Shown here piece after piece: positions 13,500 through 25,900 of a DNA stretch of 64,000 nucleotides. Made by a program: the position numbers and the translations under genes. How positions within the stretch are numbered: position 1 is the stretch's first letter; the number at the start of each line of letters is the position of its first letter. Below the pieces are notes generated by a model. That model was not told the origin of the DNA, made no database searches, and worked only from the letters and a program-made list of their open reading frames with translations. The stretch is from positions 62,001-126,000 of the forward strand of contig JASANG010001409.1 of assembly GCA_030248215.1 (NCBI GenBank), in the 5' to 3' direction. Source of the DNA: Enoplolaimus lenunculus. Its lineage: Eukaryota.

Positions 13500-13710
13500 T
13501 TCTGAAAGCTAAACTTTAACCCTTTATCACATGAATATATTCTATTTCTCCCGAGACCTACTTTTATGCTAGGATTCGAACTCCAGTGATTGGAGTGGGA
13601 GGCGTATACCGTCACCACTCAGCTATAGGAGCTTGACGCTCGAGCCCGAGTGGGCTCTCACGTCTTGTGGTGATTTAGTACTATGCATACGTGTTGCAAT
13701 TGCTAAACAC
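13500..13710 (-). repeat. Dispersed repeat with an internal tRNA-Gly(CCC)-like core; paralogues at ~17221-17360 (-) and ~52858-53060 (+)
   Basis: Core GCTCCTATAGCT(C/G)AG(T/C)GGT...GCCTCCCAC...CTGGAGTTCGAATCC, plus ~80 bp of shared upstream sequence with hairpin GAGCCC-N4-GGGCTC. Confidence 0.7.
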
Positions 13711-13973
13711 GGTGCGATATATATTATATAACTCAATGTGAGAAGGGGTTAAAGTTTGAGAAGTAATTAGCGTTTGGTTTATATCCAATCCATGAATTGA
13801 ATTTACGTTTCGTTGCAGTCGTGGGTGTGAACCAGGAGCGGTTTCAGGTGTAAGCATCGTTTCCGCCAATGTTGGCTACGCGCATTTCAGCGGCTGTAGT
13901 CAGATAGTTTGCCAATTAATTGTCTAAATACAGGTGAATTAATCACTGAGAATACGGCTTTAGGTTTAGGTAT

Positions 13974-15410
13974 TCAAACCCAATACTGGCTTTCTTTAAG
14001 CTTCATTTGTTTTACTGGAGTCCGCTGGGCACCAGGTTGTACATCCTTGCTCGCTTTATGAACACCAATTGGCCCGCTGGCCTCAGCGTCAGAAGCTGAA
14101 GAACTATACTGATAGGCGGCGTTGCTACTTCCGGGTTGAGTAAAATGATGCCGGTAGTAAGTTGGTGAAGATTTTGCTATCCCAGATTGATGAGGCCTCG
14201 TTGCGGTACTTGGACGTCGACCTAGTGAGCTAAATCCTGGATCATCAGGGAACACGTCAGATGACGAGCTGGCTGCCGAAATAGCACTGGATCTGGGGGC
14301 TGAGCCTGAAAATCCAGGCGCGGCCACAGCTGTCAGTGGTTGGCCTCGATTAATTACGGCTACAGCTGTCACGCCGCCATCGACACTGAGCGATGTACCG
14401 CGGCGGTGGTCAACGTTTCGAACGAGGGGGTCAAACGTTTTTAAAATACGAGGAGGGGTCGCTTGAGGACTGGAACTCGCTGCGTCCCGATGCCGAAAAC
14501 CACTATGAACTACTCCGCCAGCACCGTTGCCACCAGCAGCAGGATCTCTTATCTTGTGCCGGTTCACCGTAGATGGTACCGAGTAGAATCCAGACACAAG
14601 ACCAGAGCTTCCGCCAATGGCAGCCACCTGATCGGCGACGCCCAGCAACGGTCTCGCTGGCGAAACACCAGACACACCGCCTCGGCCTGGGTCAGATCCG
14701 CCGGCGCCAGTGTCGCCATCGGAACCTGTGCCGCAGTCCAGACGGCCGCCGCCATTGTACGTCGATGGTGCAGCAGTTTCGTTTCCACCACTGCGCGCCT
14801 TTGACGTCGAAAACTGTTGACGACGGCGCCGGCTAAGCGACATCGTTCGGCCGACCCGATAGTCGCCGTAATATTCGCCACCAGCGGCGCCGTCGGCATT
14901 CGAAAAACGGTCGTCAGCAGCGTTGGCGCCTCCGCCGTTTTGTCGACGACCATTCGTCGACGCCGCCTGCTGCGACGACATCGCGTATGTCTTAAAGCGA
15001 TGTCTGGGCGATAGACTCGCGTCAAGACATGGCGATGTTGTCGCAGTAGGCGGCGGCGACAGCGGCAAACCGACGTCATCATCGCCATCGTCGTTGTCGC
15101 CGTCTGGTTGCCTATCAACGGCGGCGAAACCGTCTAGACTGCCAGACATACTGGCCGTTTTGTAGACCGAATTACCCAGCAAATCAGGCGGAGGGTATAT
15201 GCCACCGCCGTTAGAAAACGGCGTTCGTTGGCGTATTGCTACTCCGCCGCCGGATGTGTCCAGGGTGTTTAGACGATTGGCACTTCCGCGTCCAAGTCCA
15301 TTGTTGTCAATGGTCAATGGGCCGCTACGCCGGCTTTCACGGCTGTTTGGGGCTTTTTGATACGCGTAGGGTTGTCGCAAATGTTTTTGTCGCTTTAAGC
15401 TAATTCGGAC
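13974..15410 (-). CDS. CSPG4: CSPG4-like terminal exon: ~478-aa low-complexity cytoplasmic tail ending in the PDZ-binding motif QYWV
   Basis: Acceptor TTTTTCAG|GTC. The frame is open to TGA at 13974-13976, and phase 0 matches the TM exon donor. Confidence 0.92.
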   Translation of the reverse strand, partial: VRISLKRQKHLRQPYAYQKAPNSRESRRSGPLTIDNNGLGRGSANRLNTLDTSGGGVAIRQRTPFSNGGGIYPPPDLLGNSVYKTASMSGSLDGFAAVDRQPDGDNDDGDDDVGLPLSPPPTATTSPCLDASLSPRHRFKTYAMSSQQAASTNGRRQNGGGANAADDRFSNADGAAGGEYYGDYRVGRTMSLSRRRRQQFSTSKARSGGNETAAPSTYNGGGRLDCGTGSDGDTGAGGSDPGRGGVSGVSPARPLLGVADQVAAIGGSSGLVSGFYSVPSTVNRHKIRDPAAGGNGAGGVVHSGFRHRDAASSSPQATPPRILKTFDPLVRNVDHRRGTSLSVDGGVTAVAVINRGQPLTAVAAPGFSGSAPRSSAISAASSSSDVFPDDPGFSSLGRRPSTATRPHQSGIAKSSPTYYRHHFTQPGSSNAAYQYSSSASDAEASGPIGVHKASKDVQPGAQRTPVKQMKLKESQYWV

Positions 15411-16900
15411 CTGAAAAATTACCAAAATTAATTGTACAAACTTAGAAACAATGCGTTGCATAAATGCTATTAACTGATCTCTTTAGCATACAATTCCAGT
15501 GAGTTGGTTTCAACTGAGAATGAGGTGAAACGTTCAATCTGAGTTAGGAGTATCAGAACTCAGAAATCTGAGTTGATTCAACTTGTTCTGAGTTAAGTAA
15601 TGAACTCACCCGGAGTCACTCAACTCAGAGTGAGAAACAAGTCAACTCAAAGCAGGTTAATGTACCCTTTTGTTAACTCAGAAATAGCTTACCCGGAGTA
15701 TCAGAACTCAAAAGATCTGAGTTGATTAACTTGTTCAGAGTATCAGAAATGAACTCACCCGGAGTGATCATTTCACATCAGAGTGATTTGAAACAAGTCA
15801 ACTCAAAGCAGGTTAATGTACCCTTTTGTTAACTCGAAAAACTAAACAAAGTAATTAAGAACACACAACAGTTATATCAGTTACTAGTAAAAATGTCAAA
15901 AAATGTTAGATTTGTGGCATAGCTTTGCTAGAACACTGTAAATGACAATGAGTTGATTTTAACTCAGAATGAGTTGAATCACTCAATCTGAGTGAGGACT
16001 TTCAAAATTCTGAATTCTGAGCCAATAAAACTCACTCTGACTTAAATATTCAACTTACGCGGAATCAACTGAACACAGAGTGGAAATCAACTCAACTCAG
16101 AGTAGCTAATGTTAACTGTTATTAACTCAGAAATAATTAACTCTCTAGCTGTGTTGATTAATCAATTCACTGCAATTTACAGTGAAGGTGGTCATATTTA
16201 AAACTTGAGTTAGTTCTGAACGACCCTAATTCAGATCTCAAGCTTCTGAGTTGATTCAAATGATTCTGAGTTAAAATCAACTCACTGGAATTTACAGTGT
16301 AGTGGTGAGATCCACGCATGATTCACTTACCTTGCAAACAACAATTAGGAATCCAGCCAAAACACAAACAGATATTCCGGCTGCGATCGCTGCCCAATGA
16401 TCAGCTTCAATATCTGGTACATGCTTTGGACGGCGAACACCGCTTCCTGAAACAAAACGACAAAATACGTTTATTTTTAAACCTTTCCTGCATGAATATT
16501 TTCTATTTTCTCAAACACCCATTCTGATTTTGGGTTTGCGTTGCGATTTTAGTACAGTGTCTGTTTTTGTGTATTGTAACTAGAAAAAATCCACACACAA
16601 AAACCACAACAAAAAACAACCCCCAACAACCACCAAACAACGCACACAACAACAAAACAAAAAAACCACCCCAGCCCAGACCACACACGCCGCCAAAAAG
16701 GCAAGGAAAAAAGAAATAAAACAACCAAAAGCAAAAAAAAAAAAAAAACAAAAAAAAAAAAAACCATCATCCACAAAAAAAAAAACAAAAAAATAAAATA
16801 CAAATAAGAAACTTACAAAAAAAAAAAAAACAACACCCAACAACAAAAAAAAAAAAAAAAACAATAAACACCAACACAAACAACAAAACAACAACCCCAA

Positions 16901-16934
<34 letters not shown>

Positions 16935-19900
16935 AAAACAAAAACAAACAAACCAAAACCAAAACAAAAACCAAACAACAACAAACAACAAAAAAAAAAC
17001 ACAAACCAACAAACCAACAAAACAAAAACAAAAAAAAATAAAACAAACAAAAAAAAAAAACAACAAAAAAAAACCACAAAACAACCAAAAAAAAAAACAC
17101 AAACACAAAACACCCAAACAACCCATTACACCTTTGGTATACTTAAATGTGCATGGCTTTTTCTGTTTGTATACTGTTAGGCAATTGAATGAGTAAATCT
17201 TTCTCTCTATTCTCAAGCATATGAACACAGGACTATCGGCTGGGACACGTTCACTATTACCACTCAGTTATAGCAGCTTGACGCTGGCGTCCGAAGGGTC
17301 GCTTACTCTTTTCGGGAATTTTGTACTACGTATACATGCATTAATTGTAAAACACTACTCTGTTCGCTGATCGTTGCTCATAGTAGGGCCGGATCGTTTT
17401 CCGGAGGAGCTATAATAGAGTCAGTTTAAGCGTTAGACAAATTTTTTCGCTTAGGATTAGGCTTAGGAATATGCTTATACTACTGTTCCGGCCCTGCTCT
17501 ATGCATGTGCCGTAGAATCTATGCATTAAAGGGCTATTGACAGTAACTGCAAACTTTTCCATCAAATCATTGACCAATCAGCATCGTATTTTAAAGTTGC
17601 AAACCAACAACTACTCGATTTCTATTAATCAGGTGTTTAATCAAAAGAATAATCTGTATTCCAACTCAGTTACCTTGGCCAATGTAAAGAACAGGAGCTG
17701 AACAGTATTATAAGCATATTCCTAAGCCTACGCCAAAGCCTAAACCTAAGCCTAAGAATGAGCATATTCATAAGCCTAAGCCTGAGCCTAAACCTAAGCG
17801 TAAGGATGAGCGTATTCCTAAGTTTAAGCCTAAGCCTGAGCCTAAACCTAAGCGTAAGAATGAGCATACTCCTAAGCCTAAGTCTAAGCGTAAGCGAAAG
17901 CCAAGCAAAAATTATTCTAAAGCTTAAGACTCTATTGCAGCCATACAGAAAAACGTTCCGCCCCTGATCTTTACATGAGCCGTTTTACCTTTAACAATTT
18001 CATCGGCCGCTTTGGTTGACGACGGATGATACAGGTATGTTGGATTGCGTGAAACGTAAATTCGAAATTTGCCTCGAGCAGGTGGAACTTGACCATTTAC
18101 CTGAAATCACAGCCCAGACATTCACTCGGTTAATTAATACAGTGGGGTATGCAACGAATGCAAACCCTGTGCTGAAAATACCAATGAATGATCCGCAGGG
18201 GTGATTAATAATGGATGTACCATTGGCTCTGCCGTAGTAAAAATTTTGGTTCAAGTTATAAAATACCTAATTGACAAAATAGCCAATCAGGTGTCGTCGT
18301 CTCTGCTGCCAAGAACAAAACCTTGACAAAGTTGCCAATCAGTTGTCATCGTCTGTGCGACCAAGAACAAGAAATGGACAACGTAGCCAATCAGTTGTCC
18401 TCGTTTTTGCTACCAACAACAACAAATTGACAAAGTAGCCAATCAGCTGTCCTCGTCTCTGCTACCAAGAACAAGAACTTTACAAAACAGCCAATCAATT
18501 GTCCTCATCTCAGCTACCAAGACCTGATCAACCAAAGGACAGGCATCAAGATTTGAGGAACGAAATTTACCAGTGAAAAAACTTGCTATTTCAGTGTATT
18601 GGTTGCGGACATTTGGAAGGCGAGGTCCATAGCAGGCGACTCTCGTTACCCAGTGTTGTTATGACCCCGAATATACTAACCCAAAATCATATTGGTTATT
18701 TTACTAAGATAGCGTTTTGAATAATGTAAAAAGCGTTTACATAACAGCGTTTTGCTCCAGTAGCAATTCTCTTCAAAATGAGTGTCTCCACTTCTACGAA
18801 AAAGGGGTTTAAAATCTTGCTAAACCGCTTTAATGATGGCACTATACTTGTCGGTCGCTGCCGTCCGGTGCCGTCTTAAGGTACCAAGTATACTTTTGTT
18901 TTTATGTTTCCCGACATCGTACGGCACCGCGCCGTAAATGCGGCGACGGACGGCGCCGGACGTCATCAAAAGTATAGTTCCACCCGTAAGTGTTGGAAAT
19001 ATCGTGTATGTTTTTGACCCGATTGCTTAAATGGTTCTTCGTGCAAACATACTCACCTTGAGTTCGTAATGGAACCCATCTTTGAGTGTAATTTCCGTCT
19101 CCGGTGTTACATCGCTAATGTATTTTAGCCGTTTTTCGCGTATTTCTTGCAGTGTAAACATTGAAACATTGCCATGCAGATTGTTTTCGAGTTCTTCTTG
19201 ATCTCGTTTGAGTCGACGTTGCTGTACATCGACCAGTGAATTGTTGTAGTCAAATGGCTGCAACAAACAACCGCATCAGAACATAAAACACGACGTCACT
19301 GTAACACAAGGTTGCGAATAAAGTCAAAACAATGGTTAACAAGCGTTTATCGAAGAAGATGCAAGTTCCGGTGGTTCCTATCGAAGAAGATGCAAGTTCC
19401 GGTGGTTCTTATCGAAGAAGATGCAAGTTCCGGTGGTTCCTATCGAAGAAGATGCAAGTTCCGGTGGTTCCTATCGAAGAAGATGCAAGTTCCGGTGGTT
19501 CTTATCGAAGAAGATGCAAGTTCCGGTGGTTCCTATCGAAGAAGATGCAAGTTCCGGTGGTTCCTATCGAAGAAGATGCAAGTTCCGGTGGTTCTTATCG
19601 AAGAAGATGCAAGTTCCGGTGGTTCCTATCGATGAAGATGCAAGTTCCGGTGGTTCCTATCGATGAAGATGCAAGTTCCGGTGGTTCCTATCGAAGAAGA
19701 TGCAAGTTCCGGTGGTTCTTATCGAAGAAGATGCAAGTTCCGGTGGTTCTTATCGAAGAAGATGCAAGTTCCGGTGGTTCCTATCGAAAAAGATGCAAGT
19801 TCCGGTGGTTCCTATCGATGAAGATGCAAGTTCCGGTGGTTCCTATCGAAGAAGATGCAAGTTCCGGTGGTTCCTATCGAAGAAGATGCAAGTTCCGGTG

Positions 19901-22900
19901 GTTCCTATCGAAGAAGATGCAAGTTCCGGTGGTTCCTATCGAAGAAGATGCAAGTTCCGGTGGTTCTTATCGAAGAAGATGCAAGTTCCGGTGGTTCTTA
20001 TCGAAGAAGATGCAAGTTCCGGTGGTTCCTATCGAAAAAGATGCAAGTTCCGGTGGTTCCTATCGAAGAAGATGCAAGTTCCGGTGGTTCCTATCGATGA
20101 AGATGCAAGTTCCGGTGGTTCCTATCGATGAAGATGCAAGTTCCGGTGGTTCCTATCGAAGAAGATGCAAGTTCCGGTGGTTCTTATCGAAGAAGATGCA
20201 AGTTCCGGTGGTTCTTATCGAAGAAGATGCAAGTTCCGGTGGTTCCTATCGAAAAAGATGCAAGTTCCGGTGGTTCCTATCGATGAAGATGCAAGTTCCG
20301 GTGGTTCCTATCGAAGAAGATGCAAGTTCCGGTGGTTCCTATCGAAGAAGATGCAAGTTCCGGTGGTTCTTATCGAACAAGATGCAAGTTCCGGTGGTTC
20401 CCGCTTAAGTCATATTGATTTCTGCCAAGTACCCTTATTTAAAGCATCGTAAATCATTCACTTATTCTATCTTTAAGAACCAACGTGTCATTTTCCGGTT
20501 CCGCTTTCGACCAATACAACTTTTTTCGGGCCAATGTAAACAACAGGGGCGGAACAGTATTATAAGCTTATTCCTAAGCCTAAGCCTACGCCTACGCCTA
20601 GGCCTAAGAGCACGAATGAGTTTACTTCTAAGCCTAAGCCTAAGCCAAGCAAAAAAAATAGTCTAAAGTTTAAGCTTACTCTATTGCAGTGTCATAGAAA
20701 AAACGTTCCGCCCCTGATCTTTACATGGGCCTTTTTAGATACAAAAATTGCTCGCTTGCAGTCTTATAATACCTCTATTTGGTTAAATATTTGAGTTAAA
20801 TTTCCGCCATCAATATTGTTAGACGCATCTGCAAGCATGTTTGCTGGCAGCGCACCAGGGGGCGCTGTTGTATTCTCGAACATCTTCAAATAATTCGCTA
20901 TACTTTTCGGACTCAGCGGTGATGAAACGTCAGCGACGGTCAAATGATACGCGGTACGTGGATCTGATTTGACTAAAAATCCATATTTTGGCTGTTTTAA
21001 TACAAAAAACACAGGGTTTCTTCCGGTGTGTTCTTGTAACTCGGACGCGTCAAGCATATCAATTGTCAAGACAAGGATTCCGCCTGAAAATACATTTTTC
21101 GTAATTCACATGGTCCACGTCCGCAAATTAATTCACTGTTTAAAATAATCCAGGCGTAAAAAGTCACAAAATTTAAGTTCTATTCACAAGTGCATATTTT
21201 TGCAGCAAAAACTTGAACGTGCAACTTGCATGTGTAAGTTTGGTCACAAAGCAGCTTTGAAGTTTTTGCAGCTACAAATTATTCACTGGAATTCATGCTA
21301 TTGAATTCAATTCGCACTTGTGAACGCAGTTGCATGTCGCTTGAATTTTTTGCATACCTGTGTAGGTTTACAAACACTTTTAGGTATTACATCTGCAAAG
21401 GTTTACCCGTAATAGCATCATTACACTGACGGATCTAAGCGGAGCCGCAAAGGCCACGGTCATAACATGAATGCGGGCCCGTAGCCAAGGTGGGACAGGG
21501 GGACTCAGCTCCCATGAAAAAATTGTGGCCCCCTAAACGTTTTAAACTTGCTTGTAACTTATTGAAAATGAAAACCCTTTAATACCCCTCTGAAATTTTG
21601 TTAGCCCCCCATAGTAAGGGCTACGGGCCTGGGTGAATCAAAACCAAGTGTTTTGTGCTAGCATTGAGTACTAAAATTGTGTTTGGTTTGCCGATTTCAA
21701 CCATTCGCGTAAATTGCGTCTGTCAATATTTTGCCAGCATCAGCCACAACAATATGTTTACCTGGTCTGACAGTAACATCGCGTTGCCGGACTTGCGGAA
21801 GTGCATGAATACTTAACCAATTGTTTTCTATACGGTTGGACGTTGGAATTCCGGATCCGGTTTTGTACTGAGATGAAATGCCATTCGAAGTAACGCTGAA
21901 TTCAAATTTATCTCGACCCTGCTCAAGACTCATCAAAATGTATAGAATTTTTTGACTGTCAATATCTTCCTGAAACAGTTTTGTCATATACTACAGCCGT
22001 TGTTTGTTGTGCCGTAGCTTCCATATTTATATACTTTCGCCACCAGAAACTACTAAAGATTTAGTAAAAATTAGTAAAACTGCTACAACGCGTGTGATAT
22101 TCAATGAAACGCATTGCAAAACTGGCCCATGTTACTTTTAGGGCACGTCCCCGGGTTCTGATGGGTCTGTAAAACAGTAGGATTACATTTTAGACTACAT
22201 TATTTGCTTTGGGTTAGGTATAGACTTAGGCTTAGGCTTAGGCGTAGGCGTACGAATAAGCGTAATCTACTGTTACGGCCTTAAAACTAAGATTGGCCGG
22301 AAAACATACCCCGGAAATTCTCCTCATTCTTAAACGAGATCATACACCTAATGCAATTATAAATATGAATTCACTTAATGGTCCTTCTAGAGTTTATGGA
22401 ACCCTAAGAAGAATGCTGGTCTACCGCCACCCCCCAATATCCCGTCACACTAAGCGATTCTCATACTACAGCGTCAAAAACACATAGCTATACACCATCA
22501 GAAATTTGCAACTTTTCTTCGGATCATCCCTATTAATATGGCATTTTTGAAAAACACGAACCTTTAAGGATTTTAAGTCATTTAACATCGTCAACCTTAT
22601 TGTAAAAGTTAGAGTAACTCTAAATCCTTCAAACCTGATAATTTGGCGTTATAATTCCTGGATTACGTAAAAATATACCGCATATGTGACATGTATTTCC
22701 GTCTCATTTACACTCTTGAACAAGTGTATGGGAGTGAAACGCACAGGACATCTTATATAGTTTCAATTTATTCAAAAATAAAATTTTTCCAAAACCATTG
22801 AGGCGTCCATGGTCCCAATGCCCCCCACCCTGGTTACGCCCTTAATTCCTGGTTTTCCGTGGGTTCGAACCACATTTTATCCGCAGCAAAATTTCCTTGA

Positions 22901-25900
22901 AGGGGGTCAACGTGACGCTGATTAACTTTAAATCCGCTAACCTGACTAAAAATTGAAATTGGTTTCGCGTCATGTAAACTTTGAAACAGTTGTCCAAATT
23001 GTGGAGCAGTCGTTACAGTATACACAATATCTCGACGTCTGCCATTCGTTAAACTACTCAAATGTGAGCAGTTCAATGTGATTGGCTCTTGAGCATCTAA
23101 CTGATAGTAAGTCACGGTTGATTTGTTGACTAAAGTTAGCGAGAGTGACTCAATGACCACTTGAACTTCGTATGTCTCGCCAGAACGGTGAGCGACAGAT
23201 GATGGTTTGGGTAAATCTGAGCTATCGCTGACAGAGAATCGAAATATACCTGAAATATAATTATAATAATGATAATAATAAATAAAAATAATAATTATAA
23301 TAAATAATAATAATATTAATAATAATTATAATACTATAATACTAATAACAATTATAATACTACTACTACTAATAATAATAATAAAATAATAATTATAATG
23401 ATAATAATTATAATAATAATACAGCAACTTTCACAATAACATGCGTACACCAGTGACTTTTGAGGTTTAATGGATTTGTGACAAAAACTTTGGTATACCT
23501 TGTCAATCAAAATTTATCACAAGCCGATTTAATGACTTCATAAATGTTTCATGATAACTTACGTACCTGAATTCACAGTATTCAGATATGTCTTATATGT
23601 GTAATGCAGTATTGACCATAACCTTATTTACCGTAATTTACACTACATGCCTGTTTATGCTTACATAATAGTTCTTTTAAAGTAGCCTATGTATACCATG
23701 CTGCGATATTCATACGATCACTGCGCCTATCTATATAAATAAATCTGGAACACGCCACATATGTATTTTGGACAACGTTCCAGTATTACTTTGTACACAA
23801 TATTTTCTTACAAAACAAACGTGATTTTAAATGTGAAATATTTGCATGCAGATTGTTGTGCATTCACTAACTTTTGAGGATTGCGCAACGCCGACTAAAT
23901 AGTTAGTTTCATGGCCGGTCTCTATCCTAAACACGCTAAAAGTGCCGATTAAAGTTTCTTCAATAATCCTATTAGTTCTTACACGGCAAAAAATGGTGAG
24001 TCAAATTGACTCTCCGAAATAGGCTTTTTCTGACTACACAAACCGAGTCAAAATTCGACTGCGCCAGAGTCAAATTAATGTCGAATATGACTCAGGCGAA
24101 GTGTGAATTTTGACCCAGTATGTGTAGTCAGGAAAAGCATATTTCGGAGAGAGTCGATTTGACTCACCGCTTTTTACAGCGTAGATTGAAATTCAACTCG
24201 TAACTCGTTTGAGTACCTTGCTCTTTATGATTATCTGGAACCAACTGAATACGCCCGTTGTTAATGTCTTGTTGAGTAAACTGGGTAATTGGTTGTGTAA
24301 CTTGTCCGTCGGCGATGAAAAACGCGTTTTCAGGACCGTAAATAATTCTGTAACAATTTGAGATTTTTTAGTTTAGTGGAATCTAGAGAAAACGCAATCG
24401 AGCGCCGTTTCATCTCAGTGTCAAACTCTATTAAAACCTGCTACACTGCGAAAAATGGTGCGTCAAATTGACTCTCTTCGACACTGCGAAAAATGGTGCA
24501 TCAAATTGACTCTCTCCGACACTGCGAAAAATGGTGCGTCAAATCGAATCTCTCCGAAATGGGCTTTTCTTGACTACACAAACTGAGTCAAATTCGACAC
24601 TGCGCCAAAGTCAAACGTGCGACTCTCAGTGACTAGAATTTGATTCTAGGCGAAGTCGAATTTAATTCTGGCGGAGTCGAATTTGACTCAGTTTGTGTAG
24701 TCCCGTAAGAGTCGATTTCGGAGACAGTCAATTTGATTCACCATTTGTTGCAGTGTGGTTCGTCTTGTAGAGCTTAAACTATAGGGTACATAGCTATTAA
24801 TCGAAAAATACTCGAATATTATATGCAGAGACGTATACAAAGGTATGCTATAGACGACATATATTACCTTGCGAAGATTCTGCAGAGTTAAGAATTTGTA
24901 ACAGGATTTAGGATAACCCTCCGAATCTTTTGTAGACGTCGAAAACTTTTACATTTCAAAAGTTGTAATTGCATTCTTAATTTGAACAAAACATTTGATT
25001 TTGTATAATTTTCGACAATAAAGCACATACGGGAATTTTAAGCTAAAAAATCTTCAAGGTTGTAATGCTTAAAAACATTACAATTAGCCAACCTAAATTC
25101 AATTGGTCAAATAACTATCTCGCGCACTGCAGTGGTGTATTCGGGCCCGTAACCAAGGGGGGCCAGGGGGTTCGGCCCCCCTGGAAAATTTTGGCCCCCT
25201 AGAAACGTTTCAACCGTGTTTGTAACTCATTGAAAACCCTTGAATGCCCCTCCTTAAAAATTTTCACCCCCCTAGCAAGGTGATCTGGCTACGGGCCGGC
25301 GTGCATTTAAAGTTATTTAGCTTCGTAAAGCGACGCTATTCCATAAATATTTTCGTCTCCACTTAAGTACAATTATTCACTGGCCGTGCCAGTGTTCGTT
25401 CCTCCAATAAAATCTCGTCAAGTGCTGCTGTGGAAAAATTGCCATCCATGTACACACATGGCGCATACAAGTGGGGGCCCCCTCGGCGTAGACCCCCCAC
25501 CAGGACCGTAAACGAAGATTTAGTATTAAGATAAAGGACTAAAATGGTATTTGTCTTCTTGCTCGCTTTGCTCGCAAAATGTTTTGCATCATTATATCTC
25601 GTACAGTCAAACTCTTTTTTTTTGCAAATTTTAAGATCCGCCGCTGAGCGGTACACACCCATGACCCCCTCGATTCTTACTTGTACAAAATCCCGTCGGC
25701 AGATGTTTTCTTATCGACTGTGAGCAAATCGTTTGCGGTTACATTGTAGCGATGCTGTCGGACTAATTTGAATACTGGATTGAGCGTTTTGACTTCAAGC
25801 CGTTGATTGGACCACGAATATGGTTCAATAATGACAGATAAGCGAAGTTTAGGCAGCCTTTGACCGCTGTTTTCGGCACTCGTTTGGGACGGATCTGAAA

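Noticed and set aside
6500..13900. Possible additional gene or transposase between the collagen and CSPG4
   Set aside because: Only short ORFs without recognisable motifs are present; the region is mostly MITEs and AT-rich sequence, possibly including the CSPG4 3' UTR.
14463..15165. Overlapping plus-strand and alternate-frame ORFs
   Set aside because: They are shadows of the GC-rich CSPG4 terminal exon.
16503..17228. Poly-Phe/Val/Cys 'membrane protein' ORFs
   Set aside because: They are the reverse translation of an A/C low-complexity tract that is probably an artefact.
17677..17981. Telomeric MITEs as intron-generating elements (introners)
   Set aside because: The elements lie within larger introns or intergenic DNA, and no intron coincides exactly with an element's boundaries.
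19312..20452. 358-aa and overlapping repetitive ORFs; possible CRISPR array
   Set aside because: The 31-bp head-to-tail unit is nearly stop-free, has no unique spacers and no cas genes nearby, and lies in a eukaryotic intron.
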